Part shown: one piece after another, positions 12,700 through 26,689 of the stretch
How positions within the stretch are numbered: position 1 is the stretch's first letter
Layout: every line of letters starts with the position of its first letter
Source: Podarcis bocagei
Lineage: Eukaryota
Assembly: GCA_964188305.1 (NCBI GenBank)
Contig: OZ076893.1
Direction: 5' to 3' (one strand)
Length of the DNA stretch: 64,000 bases
The notes under the pieces: generated by a model
What the model was told of the DNA's origin: nothing
The model's database searches: none
What the model saw: the letters and a program-made list of their open reading frames with translations, nothing else
Program-made: the position numbers and the translations under genes

Positions 12700-13621
12700 A
12701 GAGCAAATGTTAAAGATGTTACATCTGAAAGTAGGGATTGATCTCTTTACCATACCAGTCAGTTATGGGAATAGAGGAACAAAATAGTCTTTAATCTTAA
12801 TATGAATAATTTCAAAAGTATTATGATAGCTGCCAGTACTCCGTGGTCAAGGTACTTTCACTGGGGCATGGAATAATTTAATCTTTCCCACAGAATTTGA
12901 TATATTTTCATTACTTTATCTTTGAATGCTTGGTAAGAGTCCTGTAAAGTTTGAGGAAGCCAACAGAAATTATTTTAAAGTCTCATTGAATTTAAGTCCC
13001 TCTGAACTCAGTTGGACTTAAAAATGTCCTTTTGTAATTTTGAAGAGCAGATTTAAAATAGTTTAAATTCTTACATAGGGTTTTCTTAGGTAAAAATAAT
13101 ATCAAGATGAGTATTTGATAGTTCATTGTCCATAATCTCCATGAGGAATGAGGGCCATCTACAATTTCTAAATTGTTTCTGTCTCTCTTAGGGAGATTTC
13201 CAGATGGCACTGTGTGGAAATATATCATAATATTTTGTGTGAAACTAATACTTAAAAAAAATGTACATAATATAACAGAATACACTGGCAATAACAGAAA
13301 GTTGACCACATAAATGCTAAATAAAATGGTTGTGGCACCATTTACTTTCCTTGGAGGTGTGGCAGAACAGATAGAGTTTAACCTGCACTCTATTATTGAT
13401 GGTGTTTCTTGATAGGCTTTTTTTCGGGAAAAGAAATTTCACAGCTTTGTCAACCAATGTGCATATGCACACACATTCAGCCCAGCTCCAGACCAACTCT
13501 AGAGCAGAGTTTAGGAAAAGAGCCCCATCTGATTATATCAGTTGCCCAAGGGGAAGTAATCTCTAAGGTACTTGGTGTCCAGGCCATTTCACACTATATA
13601 GCACTAGCACCTGATAGTAAT

Positions 13622-13652
<31 letters not shown>
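13622..13652. repeat. (CA)n microsatellite
   Basis: Direct reading. Confidence 0.95.
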
Positions 13653-13653
<1 letters not shown>

Positions 13654-14293
13654 GCTTAACCTTTTTAAAGGGACAACAACATTCCAACAGCAGTCCTTGA
13701 ATTAGTACATGCTTTGCTGTGGCATGCTTCTGAATTAGGGTCTGTGTTTCATAGTTGCTATTAGATACTTTTATGGGTTGAAGAAATTGTTTTTTCTGAT
13801 GCTATGCAGGTTCTCCTTCTGCCAGATCCTGTGGTGAGGTCATAGTTCTGTATTTATGATGTAATGTTCTGTTCCTATGGAAATTGTGATACAGCAAATT
13901 CAGCATTTCAGATTTATAAAGATTAAATAGGAGAAACAGAAGGGATATGAGCAAATGCAGTACTTTAAAAATGAAATCTTGCTGATTTAGAAACAATAGC
14001 AGCCATAAGAATTAAATTATAGCTATTTGAAAGGTTTAGCTAATGTAAATAGCTATAATCTCCTTTAAGTTGCTTCTACAAGTGTAAGTGATTTCTTTTG
14101 TACTCTGTAAAGGGGCTTTGGATACTTCAGAGAACCTTGTTCAGCCCCAAATCACTTCTGCATCTGCTAGTTTATAAAAATCTGTGACAGTTTTAGGGTT
14201 ATGAGATGTTGTGATCTAGCTACCTATAGCAAGTGAGAAACAATGCATTTCCTGTGTTGCTCCTGTTGCAATTTCAGATTATGTTAGAGGCAT

Positions 14294-15689
14294 GTTGTTG
14301 TTACTGTTTCGTCGTTTAGTCGTGTCCGACTCTCCATGACCCCATGGACCAGATTACGCCAGGCACTCCTGTCTTTCACTGCCTCCCGCAGTTTGGTCAA
14401 ACTCATGCTGGTAGCCTCAAGAACACTGTCCAACCATCTTGTCCTCTGCCGTCCCCTTCTCCTTGTGCCCTCCATCTTTCCCAACATCAGGGTCTTTTCC
14501 AGGGAGTCTTCTCATCTCATGAGGTGGCCAAAGTATTGGAGCCTCAGCTTCACGATCTGTCCTTCCAGTGAGCACTCAGGGCTGATTTCCTTAAGAATGG
14601 ATAGGTTTGATCTTCTTGCAGTCCATGAGACTCTCAAGAGTCTCCTCCAGCCCCATAATTCAAAAGCATCAATTCTTTGGTGATCAGCTTTCTTTATGGT
14701 CCAGCTCTCACTTCCATACATCACTACTGGGAAAACCATAGCTTTAACTATACGGACCTTTGTTGGCAAGGTGATGTTTCTGCATTTTAAGATGCTGTCT
14801 AGGTTTGTCATTGCTTTTCTCCCAAGAAGCAGGCGTCTTTTAATTTCGTGGCTGCTGTCACCATCTGCAGTGGTCATGGAGCCCAAGAAAGTAAAATCTC
14901 TCACTGCCTCCATTTCTTCCCCTTCTGTTTGCCAGGAGGTGATGGGATGATCTTAGTATTTTTGATGTTGAGCTTCAGACCATATTTTGCGCTCTCCTCT
15001 TTCACCCTCATTAGAAGGTTGTTTTAATTCCTCCTCACTTTCTGCCGTCAAGGTTGTGTCATCTGCATATCTGAGGTTGTTGATATTTCTTCTGGCAATC
15101 TTAATTCCGGCTTGGGATTCATTCAGCCCAGCCTTTCTCATGATGAATTCTGCATATGTTAAATAAACAGGGGGACAATATACAGCCTTGCTGTACTCCT
15201 TTCCCAATTTTGAACCAATCAGTTGTTCCATATCCAGTTCTAACTGTAGCTTCTTGTCCCACCTAGAGATTTCTCAGGAGACAGATGAGGTGATCAGGCA
15301 CTCCCATTTTTTTAAGAACTTGCCATAGTTTGCTGTGGTCAACACAGTCAAAGGCTTTTGCATAGTCAATGAAGCAGAAGTAGATGTTTTTCTGGAACAC
15401 TTTAGCTTTCTCCATAATTCACCTCAGTTTTGCAATTTGGTCTTTGGTTCCTCTGCTCCTTCGAAATCCAGCTTGCACTTCTGAGAGTTCTGGGTCCACA
15501 TACTGCTTAAGCCTTCCTTGTAGAATTTTAAGCATAACCATGCTAGCGTGTGAAATGAGTGCAATTGTGCGGTAGTTGGAGCATTCTTTGGCATTGCCCT
15601 TCTTTGGAATTGGGATGTAGACTGATCTTCTCCAATCCTCTGGCCACTGCTGAGTTTTCCAAACTTGCTGCCATATTGAGTGTACCACC
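14294..15689 (-). mobile_element. BovB (RTE clade) LINE, 5'-truncated and frameshifted
   Basis: RT fragments CSNYRTIALISHAS, NINNLRYADDTTL, KAMVFPVVMYGSESWTIKK, LKLQYFGHLMR-like; (CAA)n-type tail; 15-bp TSD TTATGTTAG[A/G]GGCAT at 14279-14293 and 15690-15704. Confidence 0.95.
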
Positions 15690-16437
15690 TTATGTTAGGG
15701 GCATATTATAGTGTAAATCCAAAGTTTTCTCCATAGGCACAACTGTTGGTTAATCAGGGAATAGTGGTGGTTTTATAGACAAAGGAAGTTAGTTCCATTC
15801 ACTACAGTTCTGTGTATGTAGTTCTATGCTTTATGGAATGTACCTGTATTTTTGTGCCTGTTCAATGTAGTGGCTGTAGCCTCAATAATTTGCCAGGACC
15901 AGGTCTACTACCCATACACTGAAATGTACAAACCCTTCCCTTGTTGTGCTTTTTATTGATTTGATTTATTTATTTATCAAATTTCTATCCTGCTTCATGA
16001 TATATAAGGACCCACAGGGCACTTTATATATGAAATAATACAGTGCAATTACACTAAGGCAATTTTTACCATCTCTAACAAATAGCATAGCTCTGAGGTA
16101 GCATATCCTCTCCACCTCACCCCACCCCATGCAGCTTTCATTAGGTCATTGAGGCTTTTTCCACTGCTATTTCATTCCCTCAATTGCTGGCAATGGCTGT
16201 GTGTTCCTTACTGCCTTCCCCTGTGGACTGCTGGTCTTTTTGCTATCTAAGTGCAGGGAAGGAGAAGTCCAATGCAGCCACTGTGAACTGCAGAATGATG
16301 GCAGCTAGAAGTTCCCTTGCCTTTCTGTTTCCTCGTTAGTCCCTTCCTGAAGGATTTCAGGTCCTTTTGCCATTCAAGTGCAGAGGGGAATTTTAGCTTG
16401 TTTCCATGAGCTAGTAGTGGTGACAGGGAGGGAACTA

Positions 16438-16653
16438 CAGTCATACCTTGGTTTTCAAATGCCTTGGGAGTCCAGCGTTCTGGTTTCAAAAACCAGAAGT
16501 GATTGTTCCATTTTTCGAATGTTCTTTGGAACTCGAACTTCCACGGCTTCCAATTGGCTGCAGGAGCTTCATGCAGCCAATCAGAAGCTGCGCCTTGGTT
16601 CCCAAACGTTTTGGAAGTTGAACGGATTCCATTAGACTTCCAAGGTACCACTG
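16438..16653. mobile_element. Tc1/mariner (Tigger-like) MITE, family A
   Basis: TA|CAGTCATACCTTGG...CCAAGGTACCACTG|TA; TA TSD on both sides. Confidence 0.85.
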
Positions 16654-17064
16654 TAGTTTGGACTGGTGGGAAATTTAGGACAGGAGTGGGGAACCTGATA
16701 AAATGTTAGCAGTGGTGTCTCCAGTTCTGTGTCTGCTATTCAATATATTGTGTCCTCCCATCTGGACTCTCAGTTCTGTTTGGATACATTCCCTTGTCTG
16801 CTTTTTGGTCAATGCTACACAAAGTACTTCACTAAGGGTAGCTCCTATCTTTTGGTTAGTTTACACCAGATCTCTTTTGATATCGACTTCCTACTACAGA
16901 AGTGAGATGGTGGCAACAAGAAACAGGCACATTCATTCCTTACGCTTATTAATTGGAGTGGCAGATAAATAGCTCACATTCCAAACATTGCACATGTTTA
17001 CTACTTTCAGGAAGAAGGTCAGGTGGACTAAAACTCAGAATGAGCTCAGGGAGAATGACCCTCA

Positions 17065-17245
17065 GGGAGGGAGAGAGTTGGCTATGTTTAGCTTGGAGTA
17101 GACTGAGAGGTGATGTGATGGCCATCTTCAAATATCTGAAGGGCTGTCACATGGAAGATAGAGCAAGCTTGTTTTCTCCTGCTCCAGAGTGTAATACCCG
17201 AACCAATGGATTCAAATTATCAGAAAAGAGTTTCCAACTAAACAT
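17065..17245 (+). mobile_element. CR1 LINE 3' ORF2 fragment
   Basis: RLRGDVMAIFKYLKGCH...TRTNGFKL; similar to about 21880-22050. Confidence 0.85.
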
Positions 17246-17480
17246 GTTTGGACCCATTATAATGAAAGTTCTTACGCCCTTAATGCCAAACCGACTGGGA
17301 CTGCACAGCTGCTTTTCTCTAAAATAAAAATGGCCAGGTTGGACTCCTCTTGTGAAGCAAGAGTTATCCAGCTCAGGCCGTGGAAATGACAAAGCAGGAG
17401 TGAACACTTAACACACTGCTCATTCACAGTAAACTGCAATAAGGCCCAAAGTCTGGCTAATTTTTGCATGTAAACACAGT

Positions 17481-17894
17481 GGCTGCATTCAGGCGTATCA
17501 TTGTGCTATGACCTAGTGTTAGGATCCAGCCTTAGCAAGCCTTGGTATTGTGGACTCTCCCCTCCACTAGAATGGCTGTGATTAGGAATTCAGAAGCTTT
17601 CATTTCCTTTTCCCAATTAATCAGTGTTTGCCATTCTATCCAAACACTAACTCTGAATGGTCTTAATGATAGTTTATTGAAACAAACCAGCTTTTTAAAC
17701 CTAGGGTTGAAGATAGCTTGTTTTAATAATCTATAGTTAAGACTAACCAAAGTTGGTCTAGGTTTGCATGAAACATAAAACTTGGTTAGTCAACAGCAGA
17801 TGTGAAAGCTTCTGCCCGGGTGGGGGGGTATATGAGCCTTAGACTCATTCCTGTAATGATAAACTCTCATTTATTCTTATGTCCAAATGCAGGT
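17481..17894. mobile_element. Old non-autonomous DNA element, possibly Harbinger-like
   Basis: Imperfect TIR CTGCATTCAGGC / GTCCAAATGCAG; internal inverted TAACCAAAGTT / AACTTGGTTA motifs. Confidence 0.35.
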
Positions 17895-20800
17895 ATTGGC
17901 CCAGTTACTTTTCAGTGTTACTCTCCAGCCCTTGGGTTCTTTTGGCTTTGAACCTCCAGTAAGGCAAAGTAAAATATATGTGAGAGGCAGAAATATTTGA
18001 GAGGGAGCTGAGGATGTAGCTGCTTTCAAATTCCCTTGCCTCTTTCTGCTTATTAATAATTACTGCTAAATTTGGGTATTAATGATTGTTTTAGTACATA
18101 TTTGTACATGAACTTGTATCCAAGCAGCTGCATATGAATTGTATGTGTTATAATTTGCCTTCCAGCTGTGATTGTATAATAGATACTTGATTATTTCCAT
18201 TGTGAGTGAACAAGGAAGTCCTTAAGGCTAACTGCTGAGAGTATGAAAGCTTTATATCCCTCTAACCTAAACATTTTCTAGTCATTGGACAGACGAGGGA
18301 AGCCCTCCATTCCACCTCTTTTTCACTCATTTTGAGGACCTCAAAAAGCACATTTAGTGCTGAAGTCCATGCTGGTTATTAATGCTTCTCATTTACTTAA
18401 ATGGTGAATATTTTGTCAATGTAGCCCAGCAATAATATATCTCTTTTTTATGCTGCTGACTGAAATGTAGTAATTTGTTTGCATGCAACAAGTAATTTAG
18501 CACATATTTGGCAACTTGCATACTAATTTTTGATGGTTTATTTATTGGGCAATATTTGCAGAAGAAAATGGTACACTTGTTATGTGTTTTGGATTTTTTG
18601 GTAATGCATTTTAACATATGAAACTATCAGATAATTTTAAATCTTAAGTCTAAAATTAATAAAGAATTAAAAATAATTTATCTTAATTTCTCCCACTATT
18701 AGTAAAGTATGGTATAAGGCAAACAGACCCTCCAATAAGGATGGCTAAACACAAACGTTAATGTATTTGGAGTGAAACATCTTTATTAAGTTAATACAAG
18801 ATGTAGTCGTGCCCTACTTGAATTACTCATTTATAATAGCTGAGCAGCAGCCTGCATGTGGACTTTGAAATCCTGGGAAAATAAGATGCATGCATGCATT
18901 CTGAAGTCTTTGCTTTAAACAGCTGGAAAACGTTCCAGTGAGTAGTCAGCTACTAGCTGGTGTCTATTGTTTCTGTCTTCAGGGAGACATGATCAGTTTA
19001 ATTACTGACTAGCTTCATTATTCCTTAGTCACATTCTGAGTTGTGAACTTGGTCAGTTTATATAACTTCAAGGTTTAATTGGCCGTATTACATAATTATT
19101 CTTCTCCTTTGTCTCTTCTTTGTGACTGTCTACAAACATAAGCAACTCCTTCAGTAACTTGAACTCAATTACAGTTAAGTTTGACAAGTGAGTTGTCATT
19201 TTTGACATGTGCAACCAAGATCATATCCAGAGCCAATGTTTTGGCAGCTAGAAAGCCAAATATAAGAGCAAAAAAGGTTGTTCAATGTTTTTTATTGTAC
19301 TGTGGCACATAATTTTAATAATGATACAAGTTGAGGAAAATATGTACCTATTCAATATCCAACAGTGTGCTTCATGTGGTGCAAAATACAATCTTTTCCT
19401 CAAAGGGATTTATTTAAGAAAATTGGCCCTAAAGTGGGAAAGCAGAAGAAGCAAAAACAATTCAAAGAAGTTATCTAAATAGTGGTTGGCCGACTGTTTG
19501 GTCTTTGCTTCAGAAGCAAATTTTCTTCCTCCTTTTGCATCTCCAGAGAGCCAGTGTCATGGAATTTGACTGGAAGTACTCAGAAAGCAGAATGAGGATA
19601 TTTGATTTGTTGTTTTGAGTTGTAGAGCAATTTTGACAATTTTGGGTGTTTTGTGAGGTAGAACAATGTGTTTGGTTCCATGACATACCACAGTGATTTC
19701 CATTCCTGATATTTATTATCTATTATTTTTGGCGTTTTCTACCTGAGGGAGAGCCCTGAAGGAAACTGAATGTGATGGTTTAGTTTCTCTGTGCTTATTC
19801 TTTTTACATCATACCAAATAATTTCAGCCTTTAAAGGCGTTAGAGTTAGAGCTTTATGGATATCATAGTACACATAGTGGATGCAGAAAGACAGAAGCAA
19901 CTGTGTTACGTTCAAGGATTTCTAGACAGATAATAAGGATTTTTAGACTTCAGCTGTTCATATGTATTCTGTATTCTCATCTGTTCAAAGTGGGGCTAAA
20001 GCTCAATGAATGAGCATCTGCTTATCACACTTAAGGTCCTTCTCACTGTTCTCTAGGCAGCACTAATGGAATTTTTGTGACTAAGGGTTATCTACAGTGA
20101 AGCACTGTGGGAATATTTCATCTGTGCAAGGATATGCTTGTGCAACACAATGTTCTCTCTCTCTTCTTTGCCCGTGTGCCCCCTAATTCTGTTCTAGGGG
20201 TTTCCCCAACCATCTGGAGCAGATTTGGGCTGCCCATGTAGGGGAGGGGGAGCTTCAGTAGTGCAAAAGGAGGTCCTTGCACTGATGGAATTGATTAGTT
20301 GAATAATTTACTTAGAGGTTTTTGAAGTGGTGCTGTGATTGTTACTGTATTATCAAACAATTAAGTATGAGTGGTTAGGTCTCTGCTTCAACAGAGTTAC
20401 GATATACAATTCAGTACGGGGGAGACAAATAGAAAGAAGAGGGCAATGGAGGAAAGAGTAAATGGGGAGAGATGTTGCCACTACAGCCCAAGTTTCCAAG
20501 GTGCCAACATTAAAAAACAAAGACACACCAGTCCTTACTCACATGCTTACAGTTAAATAGATGTGGTACCAAAGGAAAAAGGAACAGTGAGGAAACAGGA
20601 AAACAAGCAAATTCAGGAGCTAATTCTTCATAAAGTTTCATACTACATATAAATATTAAAAGTATTGATGAAAGCTCTTAGTGATGATTAAAAAGGTGCA
20701 TTTCAAAGCCTTAGATGTGGTTGCAGCAGCTGCTATGGCAGTTCCAGTGTTTGCTCATTGAAGGTCCCGTGGTCAGGAATATATAGTTATTTCAATTAAA

Positions 20801-20899
20801 TGCACTTAGGCTTATTTACATTAGGGTGAGGGCACTGTGATCACCTCAGTTCACTGCCCATTAACTACAGAACACCTTGTATCCGGTTATAGGAATTAA

Positions 20900-22205
20900 A
20901 ATGAGGTTATCCAAGGGTACTAAAGGAATTTGTAATCTCAGAGCATCTGTCTATAATCTTTGAGAATTCTTGAAGAACAGGTAAGGTCCCTACACACTGG
21001 AGATGGGCAAATTTTGTCTCCATCTTCAGAAAGGGTAAAAAGGAAGACCCAGGTAACTACTGATCTGTCAGCTTGATGTCTATATCAGGAAAGGTCCTAA
21101 AACCTATAATAAAACACTTGGTCTGTGACCATTCAGAAAAGTATGCTGTGATTTCTAAGAGCCATATGGGTTTCTCAAAAAGAAGTCTGCCCAGACAAAT
21201 ATCATTTCTTTTATATATATATAGAATTGCAAGCTTGATGGACCAGGGGAATTCTGTGGATATAGTGTATCTTGATTTCAGTAAGGCTTTTGACAAAATC
21301 CCCCGTGATACTCTTGTGGAGAAGCTGGTAAAATGTGTTCTGGATGAGGTAACTTTTTGGTGGATTTGTAGCTGGTTGACTTGCTGAACCCAAAGAGTAC
21401 TCGTTAATGGTTCCTCATCATCCTGGAAAAAGGTATAAGTGCGGTGCTGCAGGGTTTTGTCTTAGGCCCATTGTTGTTCAACATCTTTATAGACAACTTG
21501 GATGAAAAAGTTGAGGGGGTGCTCATCGAATCTGCAGATGAATATAAGATGAGGGACACCTGGCTTGCCAGGTAAAAAGGATCATGTGAAAAGGATCTAA
21601 GGGCCTTAGTAGACCACAAGCGTAACACGAGTCAGCAGTGTGATGCAGCAGCAAAAAAAGCGAATGCAATCCTAGGGTGCAGCAACAGAACTATGCTGTC
21701 CAAATCAAGGGAAGTAATAGTACCAATCTATTCTGCCTTGGTCAGATCCCACCTGGAGTACTGTCTCCAGTTCTGGACACTACAGTTTAAGAACCTTATG
21801 GACAACCTGGAATGTGTGTAGAGGAGGACTACCAAGATGATAGAATCTGGAAACTAAGCCTTAGGGGGTGGGCTGAGGGAATTAGCTGTGTTTAGCTTGG
21901 AGAAGTCTGAGAGGTGATATGATAGCCACCTTTAAATATCTGAAGGGCTGTCACATGGAAGATGGAGCAAGCTTGTTTTCTCCTGCTCCCGAGGGTCTGA
22001 CCTGAACCAATGGATTGAAATTACAAGAAAGGAGTTTCCTACAAAATATTAGGAATAACTTTCCAATGGTAAGAGCTGTTTGAAAGTGGAATAGGCTACC
22101 TTAGAAGGTGGTGCACCATAAGCAGGCGTTGGATGGCCATCTGTCATGAATGCTTTAGTTTAGATTCCTGCATTTCAGAGGGGTTGGCCTGGATAATACT
22201 CTTCA
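20900..22205 (+). mobile_element. CR1 LINE, decayed RT region to 3' end, with internal deletions
   Basis: [39 protein letters not shown], a degenerate YADD region, SQQCDAAAKKANAILGC, CR1-type 3' UTR. Confidence 0.9.
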
Positions 22206-23002
22206 GTGCTGCTTCATGACACTTCAAATAGAGGACTGTCCTCTGTAAAATGGCAGAACTGGCAACACAAATGAATGAGCTAGCACAAATCCCAAATTAA
22301 TGAGCTAGCCACAAAAACCAAACTCCTTTTCTGACTCAGCAGGGATGGGGGAACCTCAAACACACCAACAGACAAGTATCTGAAGCAGCTCTTTAGCCAC
22401 CAATCTAGCTAAAACATCATAGAGTAGGGCCTTATCCTTGTATTCCCCAGTAGTTTCTCTCCCCTCACAAGGGATTGTGGCAGCAAACAGTGGGATAATT
22501 CAGGGATGTCCCACTATTCTTGTCTTTTATATGTGGGTTTTAAGGGTCGTTAGACACTGTCTGGGCATGGTAGGTATGCATCTTCTCTAGATGCTAAGCT
22601 CTTTTTTCATTATTGGCTGTCACTGAGTAGAGCAAGCTCCTCCATGGAATTTCTATACACAAGAAAGATTATTAAGACCTTTACGAATTTAGAAAAGACT
22701 GTAGGAAAGTGATCAGCATTCCTGCCTAAAATTTCAGAGAATGCAGAAGGGGAAAACAATTTATTGCCAGCAGCTGAACCTCATTTTCCTCTTGAATTAT
22801 TCTAACTGTTTGTTCAAGTAGCACGTATACAAGTTGACCCTATAAAATAGCCTGCCACAGTGTCAAGGAAACAGCCTGATCATATCTAGAGCTTAAAGTG
22901 ATGTGCACAAAATATACAAAGGAAAGTGGCGCATCTGTACAGAGCTTTGTTCCACTTGACTCCCCAAATTGTTTTTATTTCTGCTACAACTGTGACAGCA
23001 TT

Positions 23003-23060
23003 AAAGGTAAAGGTACCCCTGCCCGAACGGGCCAGTCTTGACAGACTCTGGGGTTTGTGG
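23003..23060 (-). mobile_element. Sauria SINE (Squam1) 3' fragment
   Basis: AAAGGTAAAGGTACCCCTGCCCG...GGGCCAGTCTTGACAGACTCT is the reverse of the (ACCTTT)n-tailed Sauria SINE end. Confidence 0.8.
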
Positions 23061-24991
23061 ACGGAAATATCCCCAGGCCTTTCTGGAACCAACCAATGGG
23101 CAATGTGTGACCCTTGTTTTGACAGGGACCCCTCTCCATGTTACTGCTAATTATGGCTGCTGTCTTGGTACAAGGGAAGGGGACAGCTCCCAGTTCACAT
23201 GGCAGATTTTTAACTTTGCTAAAAATCTTAGCATATGCAGCATTCTGTTATGGGGGGAAATGCTTTTAATGAGCACCATTCAGGGCTTATTTTCAGCTGT
23301 AACTCACTGGAACTGAGTTCTGACACTGCAGCATTGCGGCACATCGCTCAGCGCTGAACGATGGAGGCTGCTGGTGGCACTGCGATCAGTGCAGTGTGGC
23401 AGGTGGTGGTGGCTGCGTAAGCAGAGAAGCTTTTTTAGGGAAGATCTCCAAAGCTCAACAGCTTCAGCTGGGTGCTCCCCCAAGTTTCGGCACCTCTTTT
23501 TCTGGAAAAAAAGCCCTAGTGTCATTTATATCTCTTCCAAATTTCTGTACACTAGCGATTACAGAAAACAAACATGCAACTTTGCAACTAACAGAAAATA
23601 ATCCAACTTAAAATATGCTCTTAATTGGATACATGAAGAAAAAAAAAGCATTCAAGACTCAATTGTGTTGAGTGATACATTTTAAAAGGACATTTGCTAC
23701 TATAAGTTTAATTTACTATTATATTCCATTTGCCATATAAGTTCATTTGAATGCACTTAGATCTGATACACATGGTATACCTAGTGTTTTGTTTGCTCAA
23801 GATCAACATTTAAATATACATTACCACTTTAGAAATTAAAAAAATATATAAAAAGGCTTTATGAGTCCAAGGAGATACTAGTTTCTTTCAATGCATTTTG
23901 CGTATCGTAATTGTTTTTGCTAGTAGGTGCAATTCAATCTGAGTTATCTGTAGTGCTCATTATATTTGTTATGCTTTGGATCAAAAGAAAGATAAAACAG
24001 ATTCAGTTACCAAGCACAGAATGATTTAGGATTTTGTCCGTACGATAGAAGGGAGCTGAAGTTTAGACTTACAGTGAATAATTCTGAGTAGTTTTCTGTG
24101 CCATTAGCGGAACAAATTAAACTTTCACTGGTTGACTGCATATACCTAAACAGTGCAGTGTGGGAGGATTATCAGCCAGTTAGTCTTATTGGTTTATTGG
24201 CAGCAGAGCAGATTTAAACCAAATTTTCCCATGGCAGAGGTACTGTACTCAAAATTCCAAAAGTTGTACTAAGAAATTTATGAAGTGGTATGAAAGTAAA
24301 TTACTGAAGAGCCATCAAAGTAAGCATGTTATTAATTGACAATTTATTGACTTCATCCTCAGTGCCAGTTTTTTTTTTTAAAAAGAGGATTAGCTTACAG
24401 ACTCTGCTTTGAAAGCTGTGTGAGGTCTTCAGTTTAAAATACTTCAGTTAAGCTGTAATTAATTAACTTAATTAAACAAATATTAGTAAAAAAACAAAAG
24501 CACACTTATTCTTATAGATCTGGAAAAGCAGTAGTCACGAAATCAGCATAAATACCTAATCGAAAGTGTGAATCTGGATCTGGTTAGGATTGAATGCAAC
24601 ACTGGCTATCTTTGATCTTCTGAGAAACTTGGGACTCACTCAAGTGAATCTTTTGCTGACAGCACTTGACTAATTGCCTTAAATTGCATGATACGTAGCC
24701 CCCTTGTTGCTTATGGTTAATAATGTATAACTTGTTCAAACTGCTGAGCTTGCAATTTATGTTGGCAAATTGTTGGAACATGTATAGCAGTAAAAATACA
24801 AAATCTGCTTTCCCAGCTAAGAGGCTTGTATGACTTCATTGTGGCATACATTTTGGTAGGCAATAGTCTACTTGGTCGGTAAGACTGAGCTGCCAGCTGA
24901 GACCGTTACCATGCAGTGATAAGCTTCGTGTTGTGGAGGAGCTACACCATCTCCACCATACATCCATCTCCACCATACACCTGCAGTAGCA

Positions 24992-26392
24992 GTTGCCCCC
25001 CGCCTCGCAAACTATCGTTGCCCACTATTACTCTATGCTTATCATGCTGTGATTTTATCCTCAGGAGAGCATTGAAATTCTTTGTTTCATATTGTAAAAC
25101 AAATTCCCTCACTATAAATCAATCTAAATCAAAAGTACTAATCTTCTCAAAAAGTCGGAAATCCTATAAGTGGCAACTACATGGAAAACCTATTGAACAG
25201 GTCTATAAATTTCAATACCTGGGAGTCTTTCTCCAATATAATCTGGGTTGGAAGGCCCATATTGCACATATTTTAAACAAGGCCAAGGCCCTATCCTTTG
25301 CGCTTTTTCTTTTCGGACAGGGCTCTTCATGTTCCATCTGCCCTGAAAGTATTCAAAGCTAAAGTAATTGCAACATTGGCATATGCTGTTCCTTTATGGG
25401 GGACCGCAGTAAACTTGATGCCCTTGGAGGTAATTCAAAATCAATTTCTAAGACGACTGCTAAAACTTCCTCAGTGCGTTAGTAACGCAGCTATTTGCTT
25501 AGAATTAAAAACTACATCTTTAGAAAATACTCTTTGGAGGCGCAGCCTTTGTTACTGGTTGTCCTTAAGGCATAGGCTCCCGAATCTGTATTTGATCCAA
25601 TGCCTCTGGAGAGATAATTTTCCCGTCCTAGGGGCAAAAGAGATCCATTCTAAAGTAGTGACCTATGGATTGTCTCCATCAGAATTATTGGAATTTGACC
25701 TAGCCACAGCAAAAAAACCCTCACTCAAAAACTTGAGGAGATTGACCTACAACAAAACACCATTTCGGGTAGTGGCACTTGCTCACCATTAAATCTTGGC
25801 ATAGTGCCCTCACAGCAGATACCATCTTATTTGACCTCTTTGTCTGTAGCGGCCCACAGATATGCCTTTATTAAGGCAAGATTTAATGCCTTTCCTTCCA
25901 ATGTCTTGAATAATAGATTTTCCAATGGTCGGATCTCAGCGGTGTGTGTATGCGATAATAGATCTATAGAATCTTTACAACATATACTATTCTGTTGTTC
26001 ACTACATACAGTTTCTCGGATCAGATTTTTGTCCCCTTTATTATTGGAAATCTCAGGTGACTCCTTGGAAACACAGCTAATTCATTTATTGCAAGATTCT
26101 GATCCAAGTAGGTCCCTTTCTGTTGCCAGATTTCTGATAACAGTATTAGCCTATAAAAGGAAAAATGGATTACTCTATGATTATTGATTTTGCCTAAATA
26201 ATATTGATTTATACTGATAATTTGATATTTTAAGCGCTATACTGTTCTTATTTTAATGGAATTTAGAAATTTACGGTCTGAGATGTACTTGATTTAAACG
26301 TAACTTAATTTATTAATTTTATCTTGTTATACCTGTGTTGCTGTATGATGTATTGAATATGGGCCTATGGCCGTAATAAACTATCTATCTAT
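24992..26392 (+). mobile_element. RTE-X-like LINE, 5'-truncated
   Basis: Frameshifted ORF2 C-terminal half: INQSKSKVLIF, IEQVYKFQYLGV, Cys/His knuckle CVCDNRSIESLQHILFCC. Ends AATAAA(CTAT)n. 12-bp TSD CCTGCAGTAGCA at 24980-24991 and 26393-26404. Confidence 0.8.
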
Positions 26393-26689
26393 CCTGCAGT
26401 AGCACATTGTGCAGGTGCTGTATATGGAGGCTAATATGTTAATATGCCACATAGTTAGCATATTAATTTGCTAGGGGAAGGATTGTGCAAATTGGGCAAC
26501 AACACCTTAAGACCTCTGCATGGTGGGCACATCATATGTTATGTCAGGTGCCTGCTGAAGAAGAGGGCTATCATTACCATTTATCCACCACACAAAATTC
26601 TGTTGCTACCTTTTAAACATCAAAACGTCACCTATGTTGAAATGAGCTCATTAGATGCAAGTAGCAGTTTTCATAGAAGCATAGAATCT

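Noticed and set aside
18850-18900. TGCATG (RBFOX) motif cluster
   Set aside because: More than 9 kb from any verified exon and partly a (TGCA)n repeat; no support for function.
22270-22322. Tandem duplication AATGAGCTAGC(C)ACAAA x2
   Set aside because: Two imperfect units only; ordinary slippage.
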